From assembly GCF_000143415.4 (NCBI RefSeq), contig NW_003314327.1, forward strand, positions 458,775 through 522,774: a DNA stretch of 64,000 bases, in the 5' to 3' direction. Source of the DNA: Selaginella moellendorffii (lineage: Eukaryota; Plantae; Lycopodiophyta). Shown here piece after piece: positions 52,944 through 64,000 of the stretch; position 1 is the stretch's first letter, and each line of letters begins with the position of its first letter. The position numbers and the translations under genes are program-made. The notes beneath the pieces were generated by a model. That model was not told the DNA's origin, did not search any database, and was given only the letters and a program-made list of their open reading frames with translations.

Positions 52944-53876
52944 ATGGCTGATCCGCAATCTCCTCCTTTGACTCTAGAGCAGCAGTTGGTTCAATTGCTT
53001 GATGCTATGCGCTTGCAATTGAACAATCAAACTCAGTTGATGGCGGCATTCACGGCACATGGTACAACTCCTCTTGTTTTTGGTGCCAATCCTTGCGTTT
53101 GGCCGGAGTTCTTTCGTGGGAATCCTAGGGATGATGTGTACCATTGGTTCGATCACTTCACGGTGATTGCCACATATCATTCTTGGGATGATGCTCGACG
53201 TTTGCGTGAGTTCCCCACATGTCTCCAAGGGACGGCATTGCAGTGGTACAATGGATTGAGCGCAGCTACTCGTGGCGATTGGAGTGTTCTTCTGGACGTC
53301 TTCAAACGCGCCTTTGGACACGCCGACGATTGTGATGATGCCTTCCAACAATTGCATCGTCTTCGCCAAGGGCCATCTGAGTCGGTGATGCAATTTGGCG
53401 TTCGTTTCCGAAGTCTTTTGCTTCGTGCGGAGCCAAATATGTCGGAGCGGATCAAGCTAGGAATGCTGTGGCCAGCACTTCGTCAAGATCTTGTCGGACT
53501 TGTGCATGCACTTGCTCCTGCCACTCTTGACGATGCTCTTCGCTTGGCACAACGTTATGAGACGTCGCCTCTTCCACTTCTTGCTACACGTCCTTCAGCT
53601 CCACTTCCTATGAGTGATGGTTCTGTTCCCATGGAGGTTGATGCTGCTGCTACTCGAGTCCAAGGACAAGGGCGAGGACGTGGTCGTGGCCGTGACGTTC
53701 GTTGCTGGGCATGTGATGAAGTTGGTCATACTTATCGGCGTTGTCGGCGCTTTCCAGATTGGCGACCTCCATTTCCTGGGTGGAGACCTTGGCGTCAGCA
53801 ACGTCCCGTTGGTGCTGCTGTGGTGGAAGGTTTGGATCCCGAGGTGCATTCGGGAAACGAGGAGTCGCGCAAGTAA
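52944..53876 (+). CDS. gag: Retrotransposon Gag with CCHC zinc knuckle
   Basis: LQGTALQWY, LRQGPSESV, PMEVD, CWACDEVGHTYRRC. Confidence 0.92.
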   Translation: MADPQSPPLTLEQQLVQLLDAMRLQLNNQTQLMAAFTAHGTTPLVFGANPCVWPEFFRGNPRDDVYHWFDHFTVIATYHSWDDARRLREFPTCLQGTALQWYNGLSAATRGDWSVLLDVFKRAFGHADDCDDAFQQLHRLRQGPSESVMQFGVRFRSLLLRAEPNMSERIKLGMLWPALRQDLVGLVHALAPATLDDALRLAQRYETSPLPLLATRPSAPLPMSDGSVPMEVDAAATRVQGQGRGRGRGRDVRCWACDEVGHTYRRCRRFPDWRPPFPGWRPWRQQRPVGAAVVEGLDPEVHSGNEESRK

Positions 53877-56800
53877 TGGAGGGACCTTGCACGAATAAGT
53901 TAGTGACCCCTCCATCTTTCTTTCGGGAGTATCATCAAGGGGTTCACTCGGCACCGGTTCATCCAGTGTTTACTTTCCAAGCTCGTTTTTATAACAAGAG
54001 GTCTCCTATTCTTCTCTCCGTGTTGGTTGATACAGGTTCGAGTTTATCTTCTATTGCTCGACCTGTTGCCACACGTTGTCGTCTACACTTGCGTCGTGCG
54101 GCAGATCCAGTTTTCATTCTTTACCGCAACGGCCGTATACATGCATGTGCACGAGATGAGGCGGACCTGGTTGTGCGTGTGGGCGATCTCGAGCTTGAGT
54201 TGCAGTCGTTGCGGGTGATGCCGAGTCAAGCTTTTGACCTCATTCTTGGTATGGATTGGTTGCAGCACAATCATGCCAAGTGTGACTTTGAGGCTTCTCC
54301 CCCTTGTCTCATACTTCCTTATGTTTCATCCATTCCTCTCACTTCCGTACCTCTTCGTCCCTCTACTTCTACCTTTGCTTCCATTACTTTTGTTCCCCCA
54401 CTATTTCCTCTTGTGTTTCCATCTTGTTCTACTCTTCCCTTTTCCGATCCCTCCGATGATCTTTGTGTTGCAGCTGTTGACCAGCTCATGAAGGAGTATT
54501 CTGATCTCTTTGAATTTGACCTATCGTCTGGGGCCAAGATTGCCACACGTCATCCCATTCCAACCGGGGATGCTCGTCCAATCAAGGTTCCTGTTCGTCG
54601 TCGGTCACCCAAGGAGATCAAGATTTTACATGCAAACGTCAAGGAGATGTTGGAGAAGGGTGTTATTCGGAAGTCGCGGAGTCCTTGGGCATGTGAACCT
54701 CATCTTGTGATGAAGCCTGATGGGAGTATTCGTTTCTGCATCGACTATCGTCCGTTAAATGAAGTGACGATCCCGGACGTGTACCCTCTTCCTCACACTG
54801 CTGATCTCTTGGATCGTCTGGGGCGAAGTCGTTGGTTCACCAAGCTAGATCTTGCTTCTGGGTATTGGCAAGTACCGATGGCCGAAGAAGATATTCCTAA
54901 GACTGCTTTTCGTACACCATTTGGTTTGTACGAGTTTTTGGTAATGCCGTTTGGTTTGAACAATGCTCCAGCAACTTTTCAGCGGATGATGGACGAGGTT
55001 CTTTGCGATATGCCGGAGGTGACGGCTGACTTCATTGATGATGTCTTGATCCACTCGGAGGGGACGTGGGAGGAGCATGTTCGTGATGTTTGTAAAGTGT
55101 TGGATCGGCTACGTGACGTTGGTTTAAAGTTGAAGCGGTCGAAGTGCGTGTTTGGGTCCAAGGACACAACTTATCTTGGGTACTGTATTTCTCGTGAGGG
55201 TTTGCAAGTTGATCCTGACAAACTTGTGGCTGTTCTAAAGTTCCCTACTCCGAAGTGTGTGAATGATGTGCAACGCTTTTTGGGTAAAGTGCAGTATCTT
55301 GGTCGTTTTGTGGATCATCTTTCCGATCGCACTACACCATTGCGAGCGTTGCTGAAGCCATCAACGTCATCTTTCATCTGGTCTCCCGATTGTGAATGGG
55401 CGTTCGTGAATCTCAAAGAGCTATTGACGACTCTTCCGGTTTTGGCATATCCTGACTACACTCGACCTTTTATTTTGCGCGTGGATGCTTCTGACATTGG
55501 TCTTGGAGGTGTGTTGATGCAAGAGAGCTCGAGTGTGCCTGGTCAGCGCCATTCCATTGCATACATAAGCCGTACATTACAACCAGCGGAGATGAACTAC
55601 TCCACGACGGAGAAGGAGTGTTTAGCAGCAGTCTGGGGTTTCGAGAAACTTCATGCATATCTACATGGTTCTCGGACGTTACTTGAAGGTGACCATGCTG
55701 CTGTTACTTCATTATTGAAGCGGAAGAACCTGGTTGGTCGTACGGCTCGATGGGCTTTGAAGCTTCAGATATATGATTTCGATGTTGTTCATCGCCCAGG
55801 GAGTTCTATGGCTGATGCTGATGCCCTTTCTCGAGCTCCTCTTCCTTCTCCACTCACTTCTCATGTTTCTGACGAACCTGTTGTTCCAGCATCTGTGGAT
55901 TTTCTAGATGAGGATTCTGTGCCGTCGGCGGTTGCTGTCCTTGACGTTCAGTGTCCACAGGGCGTAGAGCAAGATCTACCTTCTCTTGATGAGGTTCGCG
56001 AGGCTCAAAAAATTGAGCCGTGGATTCGAAGGCTTCGAGATGGGTTTGAGAATCCTGCATCACTTGCTGATGACTTGCCTTTTCGGCATTTACATTCTCA
56101 ATATCGCCTTGAAGATGGCCTTCTTTATTTTGTGGGGACGGATCCTGATGATCATTTACGGCTGGTGGTGCCTTCGGTGTTTATTCCGCGGTTTCTCCAT
56201 GCCTACCATGATTCTCCTATTCTAGGTGGGCATATGGGACATCGTCGTGTGACCGAGAAGCTGCGTAGATCTTTCTATTGGCCAGAGATGCGACGTGATA
56301 TTATCCGGTATGTGCGTAGCTGCGTTTGGTGCCAAGCTCGTAATACTCCCCCTTGTGCTGCGGAAGGACGGTTGGAGTCAATTGCAGTTTCTCGTCCGTT
56401 TGAGTTGGTGGCGTTTGATCTTATGGGACTTTTCCGCGATCGACTGCTGGCAATGAGTATGTTATTATTGCTTCTGACTACTTGACTCGTTGGGTGGAAG
56501 TTGGTGCTCTTGCTAGTGCCTCTGCAACTGCTGTTGGATACTTCCTCCTCAATCGAGTGGTGTTCCAGCATTTTTGTCCAGAGTGGATTCTTTCGGATAA
56601 TGGTCCTGCATTTATGGCTGAGGTATTTCATGTTTTGACATCTCGGTTGGGGATACGCCACACTTTTACGAGTGCTTATCATCCACAATCAGACGGTCTG
56701 GTGGAACGGCTCGTTCGGACATTTAAAGGGATGATTGCGAAGTATGTGAACTTTCAACATTCGGATTGGGATGGTTATTTGCCGTCTCTTCGGTATGCCT

Positions 56801-57339
56801 ATGTCACAGGGGTGCAGAGTTCTATTGGTGCTTCACCATATAAACTTCTATATGGTCATGATCCAATATTACCAACAGAGCTGGGTTTACCTTCGCGATT
56901 GCCACGAGCTCCTGATGCTAGATCATGGGATCAATATTTGACAAGCATTCTTCCACTTGTCCGAGCGGAGTCTGCTGAACACTTAGGCCGTGTACAAGTG
57001 GGACAACAACGGCGCTACAATTCCCATCATCGTCCACCTGCAGAGTACAAAGTGGATGATTTGGTGTTAGTCCGTTTTCCCCATCTTACGGTACGTGGTT
57101 TATCTAAGGGGCTCCTTGCGCAGTGGAAAGGACCGTATCGGGTGTTGCGGCAAGTTGGACCACAAGTTTATGAGGTTCGGCATGACGTTCAGCAGGCCGA
57201 TCCTCCGGAGATTGTGCATGTGCAGCGGTTAAAATGCTTCATACAAAGGGATCAGGAGCAGTTAATACCGTCTACAGATCCACCGATGCCTCCTCCTGAT
57301 GTTCCTCCAGATCCCGGCCCATCTACAAGAGAACCCTGA
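53852..57339 (+). CDS. pol: Pol polyprotein (protease, RT, RNase H, integrase) with one frameshift at ~56428
   Basis: LVDTGS, ILGMDWL, RFCIDYRPLN, MPFGLNNAPATFQ, FIDD, VDASD, HHCC zinc finger, SDNGPAF, YHPQSDGLVER, WKGPYRV. A 1-nt loss in MG(P)FP splits the integrase. Confidence 0.92.
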
Positions 57340-57620
57340 CGGCCTTCCATTATTACGAGAGGAGGGGATGATGTGAGGGCCAAGTGTACGGCTACGATGC
57401 CATATACTAATTTTTTTGCGTAGTGGATTTTGGTAGTCGTCGGATTGGTTTCAATCCGGACCACTCGCTCCTGTATATAAGCTAGGGTTTTTGGGCTAAT
57501 TGATATGCACATTTCTGTATTTCCTTTCTATATTCCATGCACTCACAAATTGAAATATTTTGTTATTTCCTAAATAATTAATTATTTAAACTTAAACAAT
57601 AAAAATAATAATGTAAAGTT

Positions 57621-57622
<2 letters not shown>

Positions 57623-57707
<85 letters not shown>

Positions 57708-57722
57708 TATATATATATATAT
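57623..57722. repeat. (TA)n microsatellite
   Basis: About 100 bp of near-perfect TA repeat. Confidence 0.95.
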
Positions 57723-59347
57723 TGTGAGGGCTAAGTGTACAGTTACAATGCCGTATACTAATATTAGCGTAGTGGGATTTTGGTACCCGTCGGATTGGTT
57801 TCAATCTGGACCACTCGCTCCTGTATATAAGTTAAGGTTTTTAGGCTAATTAAGATGCACATTTCTGTATTCCCTTTCCATATTCCAAGCACTCACATTG
57901 GTAGAGGTGAGGGGCATCTTTGATTGTCCCTAAGGAGTGCTTGGATTTGGGATTTTGGTTTAAATCTAGCTTTTGCATCGTCTAGATCTAGCTTTTTCCA
58001 TTTCCTTTCTTTTGTTTTTTTTTTTTAGGGTTTTGGTTTAGATCTAGCTTTTTGCGTTGTCTAGATCTACCATTTCCTTCTAGCTTTTTATCATTTCTCT
58101 TCTTTTGCTCTTTCTTTTTCGTTTATCTTCATGGCAGATCAGCAATCTCCTCCTTTGACTCTAGAGCAGCAGTTAATACAATTGCTTGATGCTATGCGCT
58201 TGCAATTGAACAACCAAACTCAGTTGATGGTGGCGTTCACGGCATGTGGTACAACTCCTCCTGCTCTTGGTGCCAATCCTCGCGTTCGGCCGGAGTTCTT
58301 TCGCGGGAATCCTGGGGATGATGTGTACCATTGGTTCGATCACTTCACGGTGATTGTCACATATCATTTTTGGGATGATGCTCAACGGTTGCGTGAGTTT
58401 CCCACGTGTCTCCAAGGGACGGTGTTGCAATGGTAAAATTGTTTGAGCCCAACCACTCGTGGGGTTTGGAGTGTTCTCCCGGACATCTTCAAACGCGCCT
58501 TCGGACATGCCGATGATTGTGATGATGCTTTCCAACAATTGTATCGTCTTTACCAAGGGCCATCTGAGTCAGTGATGCAATTTGGCATTCGTTTCCGAAG
58601 TTTTTTGCTTCGTGTGGAGCCAAATATGTCAGAGTGGATCAAGCTAGGAATGTTGTGGCCAGCACTTCGTCAAGATCTTGTCAGACTTGTGCATGCACTT
58701 GCTCTTGCCACCCTTGACGATGCTCTTCACTTGGCACAACGTTATGAGACGTTGCCTCTTCCACTTCTCGCTGCACGTCCTTCCGCTCCACTTCCTATGG
58801 GTGATGGTCTTGTTCGAATGGAGGTTGATGCTGCTGCTGCTCGAGTCCAAGGACAAGCGTGAGGACGTGGTCGTGGCCATGATGTTTGCTGCTAGGCATG
58901 TGATAAAGTTGGTTATACTTATTGGCATTGCCATTGTTTTCCAGATTGGCGACCTCCATTTCCTGGATGGAGACCTTGGCGTCAGCAACGTCCCGTGGGT
59001 GCTGCTGCAGTGGAAGGTCTGGACACCGAGATGCATCCGAGAAACGAGGAGTCGCGCGAGTAATGGAGGGACCTTGCGCGAATAAATCAATGACCCCTCC
59101 ATCTTTCTTTTGGGAGTATCATCAAGGGGTTCACTTGGCACCGGTTCATCTAGTGTTTACTTTCCAAGCTCGTTTTTATAACAAGAGGTCTCCTATTATT
59201 TTCTCCATGTTGGTTGATACAAGTTCGAATTTATCTTCTATTGCTCGACTTGTTGCCACACGTTGTCGTCTACACTTGCGTCGTGTGGTGGAACCAGTTT
59301 TCATTCTTTATGGCAACGGCCGTACACATGCATGTGCACGAGATGAG
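57723..59347 (+). mobile_element. Second, decayed copy of the same Gypsy family (5' LTR, gag, start of protease), interrupted by a nested insertion
   Basis: LTR 57723-57897. gag from 58131 has stops at 58434 and 58860. Similarity to copy 1 ends at GAGATGAG (59347). Confidence 0.92.
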
Positions 59348-60073
59348 TGTGAGACACAAAATCCCTAGGCCCCAAAGTGGAGCCGGAAAGGGTGCCACGT
59401 GGTAGTGGCCAAATCGAAAGCTAAACGAGCATAACACGTTTGGACTAAAAGCTTCGACTTGGAAGGTCGAGAGCGGGAGTGGAACTCCCAACAAAGTGCT
59501 TGAGGAGCAAGCACGAGGCAACCAATAAGCAAAGCTCCAAAAAGGGACCCAAAAAGGACCAACACATGACACGTGGAAGTATCCGAGATGGAGTCCGAGG
59601 CGGACCCGAGTTGGAGTCCGAGATGGACCCGAAGTGGAGTCCGAGATGGACCCGAAGTGGAGTCCGAGATGGAGTCCGAAGTGGAGTCCGAGATGGAGTC
59701 CGATATGGAGTCCAAGATGGACCCGAAGTGGAGTCCGATATGGAGTCCGAGATGGACCCGAAGTGAAGTCCGATATGGAGTCCGAGATGGAGTCCGAGAT
59801 GGACCCGAAGTGGAGTCCGATATGGAGTCCGAGATGGAGTCTGAGATGGACCCGAGATGGAGTCCGAGATGGAGTCCGAGATGGAGTTCGAGATGGACCC
59901 GAGATGGAGTCCGAGATGGAGTTCGAGATGGAACCGAGACCGGGACCGAAACCGAGATCGAGACCGAGACCAAGACGGAGTCCGAGTCCGAATCCGGGAC
60001 CGAGACCGAGTCCGAGTCCGAGTCCGAATACTAATATAGGCAGTTGGGTGAAAGCCCAAAGCGATCGTCCCCC

Positions 60074-60105
<32 letters not shown>

Positions 60106-63100
60106 TCCGGGGGTTCCCAAAAAATATTAAGGGGAATGGGGGGGTTTGGCCCCCCTGGGGCCCCTTTTTCCCAAAAAAGCCCTTTTTGCCCCAAAAGGGC
60201 CAACCCCATTTGGGGGGGGAAAACTCCCCCCGGGGAGTCCCAAAATAAGGGGGACCCCGCCCCCCCAAGGGGGGAATTTTGGGAAAGTTTTAAAAAATGG
60301 TTTTTTTTTCCCCCGGGAGATCGACTGGCCGATACTCCCAGTCCAAGTGTGGGTGGCACTACCTACTTGGATACCAGGCGTGGCTCAACGGAACCTTGCT
60401 CTAAGCCTATGGCTAGAGCACCCAAGGGTAGAAGGCGGGGTGAGTACCTAGGTGGCTCGCGTAAGGCCACGGTGTTCCGAAATGTTGTCCTAAAGGCCCA
60501 GACTGTGGAAAGGAAGAGGAGCAGTCCTCTGGGGTAGTGACCAAGGACATAGTTGTGTGGTGAGGAAGTCCTAGAGGACCGTGGGACTTAGTGGTCAGGC
60601 TTGTGGGCCTCGATCTAGTGGCAGTGTTGGCAAACACGGCCAGGGGCAGAAAGGGACTTAGTGGGGACTGATAGAGGGATATTGGGGAAGGCTATTCCCC
60701 TTGTCGGTGGGCATCCTAAGGATGCTAAGGAGTGGATCTGAGATGACCACTCATGGATGGTTTGCTTAGTCTTGGAGAGCCAAGACTGTGATACAAGTGG
60801 TATTGGACTACCAGTGTGGCAAAGGTGATTGGGCATGGCCTTAGCATAACAGGTTGCCATGTCGGTGGTACTTTTGAGTGTTGGTCATGGGATCGGACAC
60901 GTGGAGCACTTGGACCAAGTGCAAATGTTGAGTGGCATAGATGCCATTCTCAGGGCTAGCAAGTCCCAAGTCCTGAAATGGACTTATGGAGGTTGTGATT
61001 GAGACTCCTCCAAGTGGTCAAAGGTGTGGTTAAGTGACTAAAGTAGAATGGAAAATTTAGTCGCCTACAATTTGGTATCGGAGCTGTTCTTTAGTCTGAC
61101 TTTTATTGGTGCTCAAGTATATCACCATTGATGTTAGAATTGGAAGGTCCTAGGAGTGGGTCTATCCTTGAGGAGTAGTATGTCAAGAGGACATGGCTCT
61201 CCACTCAAGTTCATGCGTGAACTTGGGCACAATGTGGTGGATAGAAAAGGGCCAATAATGGAACGACTTTGGGATCTTGGGAACAGTATAAGGTCTCCTC
61301 AGAGAGCTGAGGATGTGATCCAAATGAGCGTTTGACGTAGCAAACGGGCTAACGTAGTTGTGATAAACAACTATAGTTGGGATCACGGGAAAGATGTAGA
61401 CTCCAAAACAATAAAGGAGTCACAAGATTATCCTCATATAGTTGAGGTTGGCGCTCATGAATGTGAGACCAGAAGTAATGACCGTGGGAGGTCAAATACG
61501 GAAGAGGACTCAAGTCCTTGAAATGGTAGCCGGGGTTACCTTTAATAAATGCTGGAACAACCCAAGGAGTTGGGGGGTATACTTAGAGATGAGTTGGTAT
61601 TCTCATCACATGGATAAGTAGTCCTAAGGGGTAGAGGTTGCCCCAGAGAACAAAAACAAGTGTCAGAGTAACACTTGTGAAAATAGTCCTTCTGAGTAGG
61701 ACAAGAATGCAGGAAGTGTATTCCAATGAGCTAGTGCCTCACAAGTGGGACCTTACGGGTCTGTGGATTAACCAAGTCCAGAACTGCTGGATGACTCAAG
61801 TAGAGTCAAGGAATGGTCCTAAAAGGACTGATGGAAGCATTTGGATTGAGGTGTGTGGTACCCCACGAAGGATGGGGGGGGGGGGGGGGATCATAGGATC
61901 CAAGGATGAGAAGAAAGGGTATCTCATTGATGGCAAAATGTGCCATGCTAAAGTTGTGGGAAAGGTGTTCCCAAAAAAGAAAAAAACTTTGACACAAAGT
62001 TGTGTGTGATTTCTATGGTGCAGTGTTAACAGATGGTTGGCATGAGAAAGAGCGGTATTGGTCTTGGCAAAGACTTAGACACAAAGAAGAAGTGTCATAG
62101 AGGTAGGCTCGTGAAGCCAATGGTGTGGAGACACCAAATGTGCCAAGGTGTGATACCTTGAGGCTATGTTGGTGGGTTCATGAAAACCCTTTGCCAAAGG
62201 AATCCTAATGGAAATGGGAATGGCATAGCTTAAGCGGCAAAGCATGCAGTTGGAGTGTGGTGACCCAGATAATGATGGAGGTGTGGAAGCACCAGCAATG
62301 AGTTGTAGGACTTGACAACTATGAGGCAACTAAACAAGAGGTGCAAAATAATTGGTTAAACGGGTAGAAGGTAGCTACCCAAGCCTTCTTAATGGCATAG
62401 GGAAGTTGGACGTACCCTTATGGGGGATAAGTTGCTTATGTTGCAATATAGTAAATCAATGTCATAAAAGGAAATACTCATTGTCAAGGAAGCCATCATT
62501 GGGACACTCGAACACTCTAGAACACTAGGAGGTGGTGTTTGATGTCGCGAGGGTAATAAATAAGGCCCAAGGGACTAAGTCCCTAGCGAATGATGGATAG
62601 AAGGTGCTATCCAAATGTCCAAAGGTGGCGGAGACAGGAGAAGACTGTCTACTTGAATTGGACAAAGCCAAAAAGGGAATTTTGGCAAGGCTAGTGATGA
62701 GCATGTAAAGGCCCGTAAGCAACAATGTAATCTTGTTGTATGGGATTATAGGGTGAGCATACCTGGATTGAGGAACCACTCCCTAGGCTATCGGGTAGGT
62801 TCATCCTTAAGAATACTTTCTAAGGCATGATAGAAAGTGCAAAGTTATCCTCTTGGTTTGGAGGAGAATGACCGAAGGAAAAGTGTAAAGCCAAAAGCAA
62901 GAAGTAAGGGGATAGAACTGAACCATAGGAATCGAAGGGCATAACCAAGGTTGGTTATGCCAGCTGGGAGTGGAGAATCAAGTGGGGGCTCGAGGGTGTT
63001 GCCGCTAGCAACCGTGATGCCATGGAGAGTCTAAAATATGGAATTGTCCATGTTAGACTATATGGTAATTGGAAAGCTTGCAAAAAGGGAGGCATTAGCA

Positions 63101-64000
63101 AGCTAAGGGACAGAGTTCCTTCAAGGTTCCCAAGGATGATTCTAGGTAGCTTAGTACCTAGAAAGGCCAAGCGTAAATGGTTCAAGGAATGCGTGAAATT
63201 AGAGTGGCGCAGCAGAAGCGTGGTCTTGAAGCTTGCCATGAGACAAGGCTATCAAGGTTAGGGAAGTAGTTCCCGAGTGTTCAAAGAGAGGGCTTTGAAC
63301 GAAAGTCGATGACCAAGGGCTTTCATGCTTGTGTAGGAACCATGTTACAGTGGTCGGAGGACTTGCCAAAGTGAGATTGGCAAGTCATAGTTGAAGGTGA
63401 TAACTTCAAAAAGGGTGGGCCATGGGGCCAAGCATGGAGGAGTCCATGCATGATCACAGACTTGTCAAGTGAGAAGACTTGGCAGTGTGGAGGAACTAGG
63501 TTCCTAAGCTGTGATCTATGGCGCACTTTGAGTATAAGTTGGTGCACCGGCGTGGGGAGTCACGCCAGACATCCTAGGTGATGCCGTCCATAGATGCATA
63601 TACGGAGGTTGGGTTCGAGTCCCAACCCTCTAGTGCTTGGGTTCGAGTCCCAACTCACTAGGGCGTGGTGATGGTTTGGAATATGAGGACACTCATTTTT
63701 CGGTGGTCATGGACTCTCAGTGTGGAGACTGGCTTGGGCACACTGCCAAGCGAGGGATGCCTCGGAGTCGTGATGCACGGTTAGATTGCTTAGTGTGGCT
63801 CAGCATATCTAACTTGAACACTTTGGTGCAAGTGGCACCAAGGATGTGGTGAATGAGATGGGGACACCTAGTCTTAGTTGCTATGGACCCTTGGCCGGAA
63901 GGGTTGGCTTGGGCGCACCGCCAAGTGTGGGGGATGCCCCCGGGGTTGTAGTTAACAAATTAAAGGTCTGGAAGACCTAGTACCTATTGGCAAACCTGTT
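59348..64000 (+). mobile_element. Nested LTR retroelement: ~1.7-kb LTR, Met-type PBS, heavily degenerate internal region (runs off the window)
   Basis: Begins TGTGAGAC at the break point. Probable LTR end TACA at 61069, then PBS TGGTATCGGAGC at 61073. Internal region has no long ORF, only protease-like traces (GDWLG at ~63725). Confidence 0.75.
59580..60030. repeat. Minisatellite of 11-12-bp units (GGAGTCCGAGAT / GGACCCGAAGT) grading into 6-bp CCGAGT/CCGAGA units
   Basis: Directly visible tandem array inside the nested LTR. Confidence 0.92.

Larger units (their letters stand above)
52547..57547 (+). mobile_element. Full-length Ty3/Gypsy LTR retrotransposon (no chromodomain seen)
   Basis: LTRs 52547-52720 and 57372-57547 (TGTGAG...CTCACA, a few differences). 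PBS 52722-52739, PPT ~57357-57368, 4-bp flanking repeat AATT, domain order gag-PR-RT-RH-INT. Confidence 0.96.

Noticed and set aside
60060-60320. Poly-G / G-quadruplex-rich segment
   Set aside because: Pervasive homopolymer inflation looks like low-quality read sequence, so it was not interpreted.
59270-60540. Long overlapping ORFs (up to 332 aa) and a possible CRISPR-like array
   Set aside because: The ORFs arise from a stop-free minisatellite, and there are no unique spacers or cas genes.

Overview
Eukaryotic land-plant nuclear DNA. Introns of about 45-90 bp, intergenic gaps often under 150 bp, PLS-type PPR debris and an intron-containing peptidoglycan hydrolase suggest a lycophyte such as Selaginella (inference). 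Positions 1-52.4 kb are a dense gene block: TKI1, ATP10, proteasome alpha-5, a ZGRF1-like helicase, two subtilase pseudogenes (one carrying a solo LTR), a probably plastid-targeted MltB-type lytic transglycosylase, two HOTHEAD-like GMC oxidoreductases, a class III peroxidase, tRNA-Ala(TGC), SYP5 syntaxin, PHS1, PIG-O, a G-group bZIP, PAF1/ELF7, an ERF, an atypical family I pyrophosphatase, MnSOD and RPT4. From 52.5 kb the window is LTR retrotransposon sequence: a full-length Ty3/Gypsy element, a decayed second copy, and a large element nested inside that copy. The most striking feature is a 325-bp miniature LTR element (TRIM, 27044-27368). Its two identical 120-bp LTRs each contain a complete tRNA-like cloverleaf with intact Pol III A/B boxes, a tRNA counterpart of the 5S-carrying Cassandra TRIMs. 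Also notable: the Gypsy primer-binding site matches 18/18 the tRNA-Ala encoded in this window, and its gag-pol junction has a G GGA AAC slippery site followed by a pseudoknot. Coordinates of spliced genes are start-to-stop spans read by eye.
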